NCBI GenBank assembly: GCA_043228905.1
Contig: JBHGNT010000007.1
Span: forward strand, 11,408,001 to 11,472,000
Origin: Azolla caroliniana
Lineage: Eukaryota; Plantae; Polypodiophyta
DNA length: 64,000 bases
Reading direction: 5' to 3'
Shown here: piece by piece, positions 10,704 to 24,800 of the stretch
How the letters are laid out: each line of letters begins with the position of its first letter
Position numbering within the stretch: the first letter of the stretch is position 1
The notes under the pieces: model-generated
The model's database searches: none
Seen by the model: the letters and a program-made list of their open reading frames with translations, nothing else
What the model was told of the DNA's origin: nothing
Position numbers and translations under genes: made by a program

Positions 10704-13698
10704 CTTGAATCTTGATCTTGTTTTGTTGCTATAGCTGCCTTTGATTCTCTTGTCAATCTGTTCTTCCTGACCTTTTCACCATCAACGAGAAGATCTTCAT
10801 TATATAGAGTGCTTGTTTTGTTCTACATCTGATGGCCGCCTCCAACAAGACATATGCAACTCATTTGGCTCCATCAATGTAACGGTGGACAAAGAAGAAA
10901 TGGTGCAGGTATGTCTAGGAGGTATATCACAATGATTCAGATCATTCCGAACGGAAATATGCACGAGGGAGAAGCCACCTTCATTTTTCAACTTGCAATC
11001 GATGTTGATGGTCGAAAAAAACCACGGAGGGATGACAAGGAGTGTGTCCACTGACAGCCAAATATTGTACATGGAGGTGGTTCAGCCCCTGGACATGGTA
11101 GGAGAGGTGCATTGGCTCGCACCAATGACAGACGAAATGGACAGAGGCTTGTTGAGAGTCTAACTCAGATTCCCATAGTAATAGGTTTCACACTAGCTCA
11201 TGGTCATACCAGGCTAGTTTTGGTTTAAATACCAACTAAGTTGTTTAGTTGGTATTTAAACCAACCCTTGTAACTTAGTTACTGTTGGAAGTATTTTGGT
11301 TAATGTAAAATACAGTCTTTTATCTTTGGATTAAGCTCTCCCTCCCTCCCTCCCTCTCTCTCTCTCTGTTTTGCCTAACGTGCATACACACACACAGTCC
11401 TTCGGCTGCATCTCAGCCACTCTTGCTCCTCATTTATTTACATGGTATCAGAGCATGTGGTTGCGTAATTGAATCTATTCAACTGTGTTGTGGTACACGC
11501 CGGCTCATCAACAGAGAAGAAATCGACATAATGAACACTCAGATGGGAAGCGCTCTTCCTACGAGAAGCTTGATAGAACGAACTTTGCATCTTGGGAATA
11601 TAAGATACATCAATAACTTGTCGGACAAGGTTACTGGACCTACATTGAAGGAGCTCACAAAACTCAACCCAACCCAACCCACGCCGACTATCCTGCTTGG
11701 GAGCAGGCCGCAAACCGTGTGTTGTATTGCCTTGCATCATGCGTTCATAATCACATGCTTGGCTATATCCGAGATTCGAAAAAACCAAAAGAAACTTGGG
11801 GAAACCTCAAGAAGATTTTTGTGGCCAACACGACTGCACGAAAGCTCCAGCTTCGACAGGAGCTAAACAACATGCAATAGAGGGACATGTCGATCACAGG
11901 CTATACCTTAAAGATCAAGGAGCTATGCGATGCCCTTGGTTCGATTAATGTCATAATCGACGATGATGAGATGGTGCGAATATGCCTCGACGGCTTAGCA
12001 CCCTGATTTGGCTTGATCAGATCGGCCATCCTTGCAAGGGAGAACCCTCCATTTTTCGATCTCCAATCAATATTGTTGGTTGAGGAAAATAATGCCCGAC
12101 AAAGTAGCAATGCACTAGAGGGTCATATACTCTACTCCCAGTCCGATGATAGAAGAAATGTCGATCGTGGAAATAGAGGTCGATTCGAAAAAGGTTGTAA
12201 TGGTCGGTAGACTCAAGAGCGTAACTTCCACCAATGGCAAGTGGACAGGAACGGTCACAAAGAGTTCGGTAGAAGGGGGAGCCATCACACCGGACCAAGC
12301 AATCATAACAACCTGATCGCTTCTGGGTACTGTGGAAAACACGGCCACTATGAAGAGGAGTGCCGGAAAAAGGTACGAGACTTGGCGTCAACTAGCGGAC
12401 AGCTCACGAACTACGCATTAAACTCCGACTACGGCGATCGTAGTGAAATGTTTACAAATTACGCCATGAATTCCGACTTCGGCGACCGTGGCGGAATGTT
12501 CGTAATGAGGCACGAAGCACACTCGATGTCAACACGGGCCTCAACTAGCACCTCCGCCTCAAATAACGTATGGTTTGTTGACTCGGGAGCATCTAACCAT
12601 GTGCCGTCTCATGAAGATTGGTTTCGGGAATTGCAAAAACCGAACGACCCAGATATGTCGAGACAGACGCTGACACGACTCATCCAATATAGCATATCGG
12701 GAACGTCCCATTCGGAAACAATGGTAAACAAAACTATCTTAAGAACATATTGCATGTCCCTAACATCACGAAAAACTTGGTCTCAGTCAGCCAAATTGTC
12801 GAACAAGGAATGCAGGTATGATTCAACAACGACGGGTGCTTCATCGAAAGGGGTGGACAAATTGTAGCCCACAGTCAACGAGAAGGCCATATGTTTATCC
12901 TCGAATCAAACGAGGTATAGTCAACCCTAAACCCAAAGGGCCTTAAAATCGAAATGGACATAAACCTGTGGCACAAGAAAATCGACCACATCAATCTCCA
13001 CAAACTCCAAAACATGCAATCGAAAGTAGTCATAATCGGACTCCCAAACTTTACCGCGAAGGAGATTACAGGTGTATGCAAAGCATGCCAATTTAGAAAG
13101 CAAAGCCAACATCCATTCCCGAAAGAGCGGAATGTGAGCAAAGGGATCCTTGATGTCGTACATTCAGATGCATGGGGACCGGCCTAGACAAGCACACTCG
13201 GCGAATGCCGATATTACGTTACATTCATCGACGACTTCTCCAGGAACACCTAGATTTACCCGATGAGACAAAAGAGTGAAGTGTTCGGATACTTCCAGAG
13301 ATTCAAAGCCGAAGTCGAAAAAGCTATGGCTCGGCATGTATGCTGCCTTCGATTAGATGGAGGCAAAGAATATTTTTCGAATGAGTTTACGACATATCTC
13401 CGAAAGGAAGGAATCTGACGAGAATTCTCATGCCGTCACACACCTCACTAGAACGACGTAGCTGAGTGTAAAATCCGGCATATAGTAGAAGTCGCACGGG
13501 CTATGATGAATGAGAAGAACTTGCCGAAATCATACTAGGCAAAAGTGGCGAACACGGCTATATACTTCATGAATAGGTGCACAAACTCGAGAGTACACGA
13601 TGTAACTCCTCATGAGAAATTCTTTGGAAAGAAGCCAAACTTATCACATGTTTGCATTTTCGGCGTAATCGCTTACGTACATATTCCCGACGATACGC

Positions 13699-16408
13699 TG
13701 TCGTGTGAATCTTCACACACTATGTAAAAAAATAATGAAATAATTATTATAGATTAGATTAGTAGCTTACTATAGAAGGATGGATATACTCAAGAGCTTC
13801 AAAATGTATTTTACTATATACAAAATGGAGAAATACATATCAAGTTATGAGAAAATGAAGTTTGATTAGATAGAGAAATTAGAACTATCCCACATAGATA
13901 GGAAAGTTAAGGCCCTGGCTATATAAACACCTTGAGCTCCTTCATTTTTTATTTGTGCTAAGAGCACTTTGGCCACTTTGTCTTGATGGATGATGGTGGC
14001 CAAATTCCCTAAAACCGAAAACCCGCCGGTAAGCAAATCTAGAAAACGGGTCCAGTAGGCAAATCTGGAAACCGGTCGGTATGCAATCCGGAAACCGGTC
14101 GGTATGAAAAACCGGAATCGGCCGGCAAGCAAAACCGAAAACCCGCTAGTAAGCAAATCTGGAAAACGGGTCCGGTAAGCAAATCTGGAAACCGGCCGGT
14201 ATGCAATCCGGAAACCGGCCGGTATGAAAAACCGGAATCGGCCGGCAAGCAAAACCGGAACCGGAACGGGTATGCAAACCGGCCGGTAAGCAAAACCGGA
14301 AACCGGCTGGCAAGCAAACCGGAACCGGAACTAGTATGCAAACCGGAAACCGGCCGGCAATCAAAACCGGAAACCAGCCGGTAAGCAAAACTAGAACCGG
14401 CTGGCAAGTAATACCGGAACCGGCCGGCAAGCAAAACCGGAACCGACCGGCAAGCAAAATGGAACCGGCTACCGGACGAGTTTGGACGCGGACGGACGAA
14501 AGATTGGATCATGCAACAAACTAAAGTAAAGTAAAGAGAACTAAAGTAAAGGCCATGTGGACGCAAGCAACTAAAGGAGTGCATGGAAAAAGTAAAGGTC
14601 ATGTGGACAGTCACATGCAACAAAAAGAAAAAGCTAGGCAACTAAAAGTAGAGGCCATGCAACAAAAAGTGGAAAGGCTATGATCAAGGGAGAACTCGAT
14701 ATTTATTCCATTTTTTTTCTTACACTAGGGCATACTCTTCATATTATCTTAATTTTCTTCTCAACTCCCTTATCTTAGGGAAGCCATAACTCTCATAAAC
14801 CCTAAAATTCCCTACGGAAGCCATAACACTCAAAAACCCTAATCTTCCCTACGGAAGCCATAATACTCATATAACCTAATCCTAATCTTCCCTACGGAAG
14901 CCATATCTCTCAAAACCCCTAATTTTTCTTTTCTATTAATCTTAGTAAACCTAAAACTTCTAAATCCCAATCTTGGGACATATTGTAATTTCTTTTTCCT
15001 TTGTTAATGAAAATGATTAAATTTCTTCTTTCTGTTAATTGTTAAAAATATAAACGCACACGTGATTATCCTCTGGTCGGAGGCCCCGGGGTCCTGCCTC
15101 AAGTTCGCGTATCCTCGTCGTATTTTCGCTACGCGAACTTGAGGCAGGACCCCGGGGCCTCCGACTCGAGGATATCACATTCGTGCTTTTATATTTTTAA
15201 CAATTAATGGAAATAAGAAATTTAATAATTTTCATTAACAAAGGAAAAAGAAATTATAATATGTCCCAAGATTGGGATTTAGAAGTTTTGGGTTTACTAA
15301 GAGTAATAGGAAAGAAAAATTAGGGGTTTTGAGAGATATGGCTTCCGTAGGGAAAATTAGGATTAGGTTATATGAGTATTATGGCTTCCGTAGGGAAGAT
15401 TAGGGTTTTTGACTGTTATGGCTCCCGTAGGGAAGATTAGGATTAGGTTATATGAGTATTATGGCTTCCGTAGGGAAGATTAGGGTTTATGAGAGTTATG
15501 GCTTCGATAAGATAAGAGAACCGAGAAGGAAAAGAAAAATAATGGAGAGAGAGTATGAGTATAGGAAAAAAAATGGAATTTTATATGGAGTTTTCCCTTG
15601 ATCATCTGCATGTCCACTTTTTGTTGCATGGCCTCTACTTTTAGTTGCTTAGCTTTTTCTTTTAGTTGCATCTATTTTTAGTTGCATGCCGTTTTTCTTT
15701 TAGTTGCATGCGACCGTCCACATGACCTTTACTTTTTGCATGCACTCCAACTTTAGTTGCTTGCGTCCACATGGCCTTACTTTAGTTCTCTTCACTTTAC
15801 TTTAGTTTGTTGCATGATCCAATCCTCCGTCTGTCCGCGTTCAACCTCGTCCGGTAGCCGGTTCCACCCGATCGTCGAATCCCTCGCCAGTCGGTTTCGG
15901 TTTGCTTGTCGGTTCCGGTTTCGATTTTGCTTGCCGGCCGGTTCCGGTTTGATTGCCGACTGGTTCCAGTTCCGGTTTTGCTTACCGGCTGGTTTCCGGA
16001 TTTGCATACCGACGGGTTTCCAGATTTGCATATCGGCCGGTTTCCGAATTTGCATATCAGCCGGTTTCCGGATTTGCTTATCGCTTGGTTTCCGGTTTTG
16101 GGAACTTGGCCACCATCATCCATCAAGACAAAGTGGCCAAAGTGCTCTTAGCACAAATGAAAAATGAGGGAGCTCAAGGTGCTTATATAGCCAGGGCCTT
16201 AAGTTTCCTATCTATGTGGGATAGTTCTAATTTCCCTATCTTCTCAAACTTCATTTTCACATAACTTGATATGTATTTCTCCATTTTGTATATAGTAAAA
16301 TATGTTTTGAAGCTCTTCAGTATATCCATATTTCTATAGTAAGCTACTAATCTAATCTAAAATACTTATTTAATTTTTTTTACATAGTGTGTGAAGATTC
16401 ACACGACA
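13699..16408. mobile_element. Non-coding 2.7-kb foldback (almost wholly palindromic) element
   Basis: Termini TGTCGTGTGAATCTTCACACACTATGTAAAAAAA inverted at both ends; TSD ACGC 13695-13698 and 16409-16412; central perfect 36-bp stem 15076-15111/15130-15165; removal restores the host frame YVHIPDDTPQMLDLKSEKCI. Confidence 0.9.
14010..14470. repeat. CCGG-rich degenerate minisatellite in the left foldback arm (mirror copy at ~15890-16100)
   Basis: Recurrent units such as aaaccggccggtatgcaa and aagcaaaaccggaa. Confidence 0.8.
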
Positions 16409-16864
16409 ACGCCACAAATGCTCGACCTAAAGTCAGAGAAATGTATCCTCGTAGGATACTCACTCGAACAGAAGGGGTACAAATGCTACAACCCCTCTAC
16501 CCGAAAAGCTCGAACAATTCGAGACGTAGTCTTCGACGAGTCCACATCCTGGTACGCACCATAAACAACTTCGACTGTGACTCCGCTCTACTCGGAATCC
16601 GCCAAAATGGAGATAGAAAGACGAAGATCGGCTCACACGCATGTTCGAAGAAAGCCCAATTACAACATGGATTAGTGGACCACGGGAGCCCTCGAGTGAC
16701 CAAAGCACATTTCGACCGAGTCCGAAACTCGACAAAGGGAAGGCCAAGATGTCCGAATATGAATATCCAATCGACAACGTGTCGACTCTTTCCCTCGATA
16801 GTGAGTTCGAAGGCCTGGACATCCCAGTCATCAGGATAGATGGAGCGAAGAAAGCCCTAGTATC

Positions 16865-19800
16865 TGTTGGCATAAAAGGCCGACTCCTTCCAAATTGTAT
16901 CCGTCCGAGTGTGAATTTGTTAATAAGTTAGGGCTTAGTATATAAGCTAATACCTAACATTGTAATGAGGGATGATGAGTAGAGTATCGTATCTCTGAAA
17001 AAGAACGAAGGAATAAGAAGCTTTCCATTAAAGCTCCATCTGTGTAAGTCTCCACGCCTATTCTATTTTCTGTATGTGTTGTTTGTTGTCCAGTAACGAC
17101 TACAAATCCATACATGTTTCCGCACATAGCACTCGTACCCCCACAACAGGTATCAGAGCAAAACCTTTGTTGTTCGGTGGCAACTGACAACAGAAGAAGC
17201 TGAAAGAAAAGACCAGGTCAGAAATCTCAAGTTCACAAACAGAATATGGCTTCAACATCCGGAATAGGAGTTAAAATCAGAAAATTCGACGGTAAAAACT
17301 TTGCCTTGTGGAAGGAGATGATTCAGGATGTGTTGATCATTCGCAGATAGGTTGAAGCCATTTGGCAGAGCGAAAAACCTGCTTCAATGACAACCAAGGA
17401 GTGGAGATCAATGGACAAAATTGCACCCTCCACCATCCAAATGCATTTGGCCGAAAACGTCTATTTCAGCATGGCGAAAGAGACGACAACGTTCTCATTG
17501 TGGGAGAAGCTACATGCCGTCTATGAGAAGAAGTCCTCATCTTTGAAACTGATCTTCATCAAACAATTGTTCAACATGACGATGAAAGAGACTGATCCGA
17601 CAACCTCCCACATCAACACCTTCAGTCAAGTGTTGTAAGAGCTCTCATCACAAGGGATCAACTTCGAAGAAGAAGTGAAAGCCCTTGCCCTCCTATCGAG
17701 CTTGCCGGCAAGTTGGGAGGTATTCTGTATGACTTACACCAATAGCCGATCGATCCTAAATCTGGACGAAACAACCGACCAAGTCCTCACAGAGGACATC
17801 AGGCGAAAATCGATGGGACTAACCATTGATGAGTCGGCAGAAGCCCATCACTCGACTAAGTCGTTCGACCGACATAGTCGAACGAAAGAACAAGCCGACA
17901 AAACTTGTCAATGCTACAGTCGATCGAAAACAAGGGGTGACCGACAACGGTTGAAGTCGAGAACGGGTCGAACAAGTGAGTATTGCACACACTTCAGGAA
18001 AGTTGGCCACAATGTTTCCAACTGCTGGTCAATAAAAGGAAAAGAGAATGGTCTGCGATCTGAGCAGAATCGGCGACGTTCCAATCAGCAACCAAATCAA
18101 TGTTGTCGACACCCAATCCAGAGAAATCATCTTCCTAGAGGATTCGATGATTGGAGAAGTCCTCCACAGGGCACAAGTTGCACACATGTGGCTACTAGAC
18201 TCTGGTGCCACATTTCACGTGACCCCCAACGTTGAATGGTTCTCGAACTATTGAACCGACGCTGGTGGCACAGTCTAACTGGGAAACGGGCATGAGTGCA
18301 AGATAGCCGGAACCGGGGAGGTTCCCATCAGATTGCCAAATGGCAACACAATAACCCTGCACCGAGTTCGACACGTACCCGATCTAAAGAGGAGTTTGGT
18401 CTCCATCGGCATGTTAACCAAAGACGGGTATCAAACGACTCTTCATGAGTCGACATGGGTGATCAACCGAGGAAACCTCAAAATTAGTGGTGATCAACCC
18501 TGAAGGGGCCGTGAATGTAGCCGAGAAAACCAACCTGAACTTATGGCATGGCTGACTTGGTCACATGTCTCAAGCCAGACTTCATCGGCTGATGTCGATT
18601 GGCTACATCCCGAAACTCCAGGCAAAGACCGACTTCTGTGAGCATTGTTGATATGGGAAATAGACTTGAAGTCCTCACTCTCTCCACTACAAGACGGTAC
18701 GACAACCCCTAGAGCTCATGCACACAGACATATGTGGGCCCATGCCAGAGCGATCACTAGGAGGCTCCCGGTACTTCATCACATTCGTAGATGACTGCAC
18801 ATGGAAAGTTTGGGCATACTCCATCAACTCCAAAGATGAAATGCTCGAGGTCATCACTCGATGGATATCTGAAGTGGAGAACCGGTCGGGACACAGAGTG
18901 AAGACACTCTGATCGGACAACGGAGGTGACTACACCTCTAGAGCCTTCCAACAATACCTATCCGGAAAAGGGATTCGGCATCAAAAGACCGTTCCTTACA
19001 CACCCATGCAAAATGGGGTGGCTGAACGGATCAACCGAATGATCCAAGAGAGGGTGACAACAATGCTCCAGCAAGCCAGACTAAAGTTGGAATTCTGGCT
19101 CGAGGCATTGCAGACGGTAGTGTACCTGATAATTTTGGCGCCGTTAAGAGCAATCAGGCACTATGGTTAGGCAAACAACCGACCTACAATAGGCTCCGTA
19201 TATTCAGATGCGAAGCCTACGCATTCATCCCCAGGGACAAAAGGACAAAGTTGGCACCCCATGCAACAAAGTGCATATTTCTCGGTTATGGAACCGATGG
19301 GGACTTCGGCTACCGACTATGGGACCCTAAGAACCGGAAATTGATTTGGAGCAACAATGTAGTCTTCAATGAAGACTCTATCTTCTCTCAACGGAACCAA
19401 CAGAAAACAATTAGTAAGAAGGTATCCTTCAAAGATGACAGCACTGTCGCAGAAGGACCGACCCAACGGGTCGAATCAGAGACTTGACAAACAATCGAAC
19501 TCCAACAAACTGCCAACTTCCCTACCGACACTGAATCGGCAACAAGTCCTAACATCGAACTCAAAGACCAAGCAATCAAAGACATAGTTGAATCGACAAG
19601 AGTCGCTAAGAGGCCAGTCAGAACCGAGTCGACAACAACCACAGGGGAGAACAACCAAACACCGCCGAAATCGCAAACCCAGGGTGGGACACCTAACAAG
19701 ACTTCTGATACAACTGGTTCAACAAATACCGACTGTCAATCTGAACCGATCGAAGAATCCGAACAAGATATTACAGCACCCAGGACATCTGGACGAGCTG

Positions 19801-21883
19801 AAGGCAAATAGAGTTTAATCAACCGGGCCTCGACTATGTCCATTACACGGATGCAGGCGAACCATGCATGTATGCCGAAGCTATGGCTGCACCAGACGCC
19901 GAAACATAGCTGCAGGCCATGAAATCCGAAATGGACTCGATTCATCAGAATCAGACATGGGAGCTGGTCGAACTACCAACAGGAAGAAAGACGCTACCTT
20001 GCAAATGGGTGTTCCGATACAAGTATGTATCCGACTCAGAGAAACCCAAGTACAAAGCTCGGCTTGTCGCGAAAGGATTCAAACAGGAACACGGGGTCGA
20101 CTACGATGAGATATTCTCACCAGTAGTCAAGATGAACACCCTTCGACTCCTACTAGGAGTCGTGGCGACAGAAGATCTAGAGCTCGAGCAGATGGACGTA
20201 AAGACGGCATTCCTACATGGAGATCTAGAAGAAGACATATACATGTCTCAACCGGCAGGCTTCACAGTGACGGGAGAGGACAGTCACCTCGTATGTCGAC
20301 TAAAGAAAAGTCTGTATGGCCTAAAACAAGCGCCAAGAATGTGGTACCAGAAGTTTGACTCCTACATACGGCAGCTTGGATACAACAGATCAGACTCCGA
20401 CCCATGCATGTATGTTCGGCAACTGGCCGACGAGTCAAGGATCTATCTGATCCTATACATCAACGACATGCTGATTGCAGGGAGAAATCAAGTAGAGATT
20501 GGTATGCTGAAGCGGAGCCTTCACAAAAAGTTCACGATGAAGGAACTCGGACAAGCTCGACACATACTAGGCATGAGGATAGAGTGAAATCGGACGACCA
20601 AAACTCTCAGACTCTCCTAGTCCGAATACATCCGGTTTCAACATGGAGAACGCGAAGCCAACACCGATACCACTTCCGACGTCGATCAGACTATCAGATA
20701 GAGACTATCCTACAACGGACAAGGAGAGAGAGCTTAATGGAAAGATACCCTATGCATCAGCAGTAGGAAGTATCATGTACGCAATGGTGATGACCCGACC
20801 CGACCTAGGCTATGCCGTAGGGGTGGTGAACCAATACATGTCAAACCCAGGAAAGAAGCATTGGGAGGCCATCAAGCACATGCTTAGGTATCTAAAAGGA
20901 AGCACGGATGCACAACTAACTTTCAAACTGACAATCTCAGCCGAAATCAAAGGCTACACCGACTCTGACTATGCCGGGAACACGGACAATCGGAAATCGA
21001 CATCAGGCTACATCTTCACCTATGGTGGCGGTGAAATATCATGGAGGTCAAAACTTCAAGAGTGCACGGCTCTGTCTACCACAGAAGCCGAGTATATAGC
21101 AGCATCGGAAGTGATCTGGCTGCACCGACTGACTGTCGACTTCGGAACTGCAAACCGAATAAACCGACCAGCACCGACTATCTATTGCGACTCACAGAGC
21201 GCAATACACCTCATCAACAATCCCGTCTACCATGCGAAGATGAAGCACATTGAGGTGCGGTATCATCATATCTAGGAGCTCATGACCAAGAAGAAACTCG
21301 AAGTCCGGAAGATCGACATCGAGGTGAAAATCGCTAATTGCTTGACGAAGCCACTCCTAGATCAATGCTTCGGAACGCTTAGGACGAAGATGTGACTATG
21401 ACAAGCGACCGAGCAGAAGAAAGCCGAACGAGGAGCAGAAGGTAATAGCTGATAGACACTCATACTATACCTTTGCCGACTCGGCTACTTGCCGACAGAC
21501 TTGTAACATAAGATCTAGTTAAATTTGTAATCTAGGTTTACGGGGGAGATAACCCCAAGCACTTGTACATGCAATAAAGAGTAGTCCTTTTATGGGGGAG
21601 TTTGTTGGCATAAAAGGCCGACTCCTTCCAAATTGTATTCATCCGAGTGTGAACTCGTTAATAAGTTAGGGCTTAGTATATAAGCTAATACCTAACATTG
21701 TAATGAGGGATGACAAGGAGAGTATCGTATCTCTGAAAAAGAATGAAGGAATAAGAAGCTTTCCATTAAAGCTCCATCTATGTAAGTCTCCACGCCTATT
21801 CTATTTTCTGTATGTGTTGTTTGTTGTCTAGTAACGACTACAAATCCATACACGTTTCCGCACATAGCACTGGTACCCCTACA
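16865..21883 (+). mobile_element. Ty1/copia element C nested in B, degenerate gag-pol
   Basis: LTRs 16865-17145 and 21603-21883; PBS-like GGTATCAGAGC at ~17149; PPT GGGGGAG; TSD GTATC 16860-16864 and 21884-21888; WLLDSGATFH, HTDICGP, QMDVKTAFLHG, YINDML, YTDSDYAG. Confidence 0.95.
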
Positions 21884-24800
21884 GTATCCACAAATGAGAA
21901 ACTCCGCCGATCGACCCGTGAAAAGAACCCCGTAAGACGTTTCGGCTACAACGATTATATGGCGTACAATTAACCCTTCATGATGAAGGTAGCATCAGTA
22001 TGGGAGCCGGAGACGCTTTCCGAAGCCGTAAAGGATCCGTGATGGGTTGATGCGATGAATGAGGAAATGGAAGAGTTATGCAAAAACGAGACATGGGATC
22101 TCGTCCCTCACATGCCGCACAAGAAAATGATTGGCTTTCAATGGATTTACAATGTGAAAGACAATGCCAACGACTCCGTAAATCATTTTAAAGCATGGCT
22201 TGTTGTGAAAGGATACACGCAAACACACGGTGTAGACTACGAAGAGATCTTTGCCCCGGTGACAAAGATGACAATTGTGTAGACCATAATTGCAATCGCA
22301 GCAGCAAAAGGGTGGCATCTCCACTAGATGTACGTCAAGAACGCCTTTCTTCAAGGTGAATTGGAAGAGGAGGTATACATGATCCAACCACCTAGTTTTG
22401 AATTGTGCAATCATCCGAACATCGTGTGTTGCCTCAAGAAGCCACTATACGGCCTCAAACAAGCACCCTGTGCATGGCACTCGAAGATCATGTAGTATCT
22501 TCATCAGATCGGATTTCGAATGTCAAAATATGATACTTCCTTGTACATCCGACACGAGTCGGATAGCCCGATTCTCATCATCCTTTACGTGGATAATTTG
22601 GTCATCGGAGGAAAGGATCTCGCCGAGATTAACAAAGTCAAACCATTTCTCTCTAGAAGATTTGAAATGAAAGACCTACACGAGCTCCATTACTTCCTAA
22701 GCATTGAAGTAATTCGAACACCAGTCGGAATAATGATCTCTCAACGACACTATGTACTCAACTTGCTCTACAAGTTCAGAATGACTGAATGCAAACCCGT
22801 GTCCACCCCTCTCGATTGTAATCTCAAGATGGATGCCGATTCCGGCACAACTGTGTGCGAGTCAATTCAATATCGTCAACTAATCGTCAGCTTAATCTAT
22901 CTCACCATTACGCGACCTGATCTCAATTATTAGGTCGGCCTACTTAGCCAATTCATGCAAAATCTGCGAAACCTTCATCTCGATTGCGTGAAGAGGATAG
23001 TCCGGTATGTCAATACTACCATGGATTACGACATTATGTATAAGTCCACTACGCCCATTCGACTCGAAGGATACACAGACGCAGACTGGGCAGGATACAA
23101 AGCAGATAGACGATCCACATTTGGTTTCATCTTCTCCCTCGGCAATAGAGAGATCTCCTGGATTAGTAAGAAGCAATCGACAGTTGCACTGTCGAGGACG
23201 GAAGCCGAATACAGGGGCGTGACTGTCGCCGCATGCAAAGCCGTAAGGCTCAAGCACATACTGAAGGATTTGGGCGTTCCCATTACGGATCCAATTCGCC
23301 TCTTCTGCGACAACATGAGCAACATCTACCTCGCTTGGAACCCCGTCTTCCACGCGCGGACTAAACACATCAAAGTGCACTACCACTTCATCCATGAGCG
23401 CGTACAGGCTGGAGATATCGATCTACAACATATCAATACGCACCTCCAGATTGCTGATATTTTTATGAAGGCCTTAGGAGTCGACAAGCTCGGTCAATTC
23501 ACATCGGATCTTGGTCTCACGACATCCACATTGCCGAGCTTGACACGCGCACTATACACAATTGATCGAGTATGCAACATGCAACGATACGTGAGTACGC
23601 AACACGAGCACAAAGCCGAAAAGCCGAACAATCCAGTTCGAGTATTACGAACACCTGAAGCCGGATTCCAAAGATAGAACCAAAACAACTTTTCGACAAA
23701 TCGAAGTTGTGTTCGAAGGGGCGTGTTAAGAGTCGAACTCAACTTCCCATAGTAATAGGTTTCACACTAGCTCATGGTCATACCAGGCTAGTTTTGTAAA
23801 TAGTAGAAAGGGCACTTGCCCTAGTCTAGTTGGTATTTAAACCAACTCCTTGTAACTTAGTTACTATTGGAAGTATTTTGGTTAATATAATATACAATCT
23901 TTTATCTCTGGATTAAGCGCTCTCTCTCTCTCTCTCTCTCTTTGTGTGTGTTTTACCTAACCTACATACACACACACACACACACAGTCCTTCGGCTGCA
24001 TCTCAACCACTCTTGCTCCTCATTTATTTACAAGGCTGGATACAAGGGCCGATGATAGTCAAGGACCTGCCACAAGGGGGATTCAAAGTGATGCTGAGAG
24101 CTGGCAAAACAAGTCGACCAATTGTTGGTATTGTGGCAAGAGGGGCCACAAGGAAGAGGAGTCTTGGAAAAAGTAGGCCGACTAATGCAGAACCGAAACC
24201 AATAGCCGACCCAATGTTCATCATGAAATATGATACCAATTCAATGGAAGCAAGCACCTTAACACAGGGAGTGGTGCGGTTCGTCGACTCAGGAGCATCT
24301 AACCATATGAAAAATCATAAAGAATGGTTTGAGAGTCTGAAGAAGCTTGAGAAGTCGAGGTTCTTGGAGACTCGTGATGACACCGTCCACACAATTGAGC
24401 ACATTGGAGATGTCCCTCTCAGTCACGTTGGCTAGAGAGGATGTATGAAGAACATCTTGCATGTGCTGACAATCACGAATAATTTGGTGTTGGTCGGACA
24501 GATCGTTGACCAAGGCATGCAAATCTATGTGAGGCTAAGACTACCCTCCTATTTATAGGTTTTTGGTTGCATTATTCTTGCTTTTCTGTAAAATATAATT
24601 GAGTCTATGTGAGGCACTTTTATATTACTATTTCTCCTTTGTAATCCCAAAATGGTCATAAAAGATACTTTTGGAAAACTATCGTTGTTGACGTGAGAGT
24701 GTTGTCCGCCCTAGTGAAAAACGAGGCGAAGATTAAACGCGGACTAATGGATCAACATATTTTGTAATGATGGAAGCATTAGAAAGCATAAAGAGTATGT

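Larger units (their letters stand above)
11150..24032 (+). mobile_element. Ty1/copia element B, full length but degenerate, with two nested insertions
   Basis: LTRs 11150-11442 and 23724-24032 (TG..CA); PBS TGGTATCAGAGC 11443-11454; purine tract before 23724; TSD AGGCT 11145-11149 and 24033-24037; gag, WFVDSGAS, integrase, RT (YVDN) and RNaseH remnants in copia order. Confidence 0.95.
10606..24700 (+). repeat. Tandem unit 2, split into 10606-11149 and 24033-24700 by copia B
   Basis: Unit 1 sequence ggacagaggctgaatacaagggccg is continued across the insertion. Confidence 0.8.

Noticed and set aside
13866-16264. Overlapping ORFs rich in AGRFR/PVSG
   Set aside because: Products of the CCGG-rich minisatellite, open in several frames, no domain motifs
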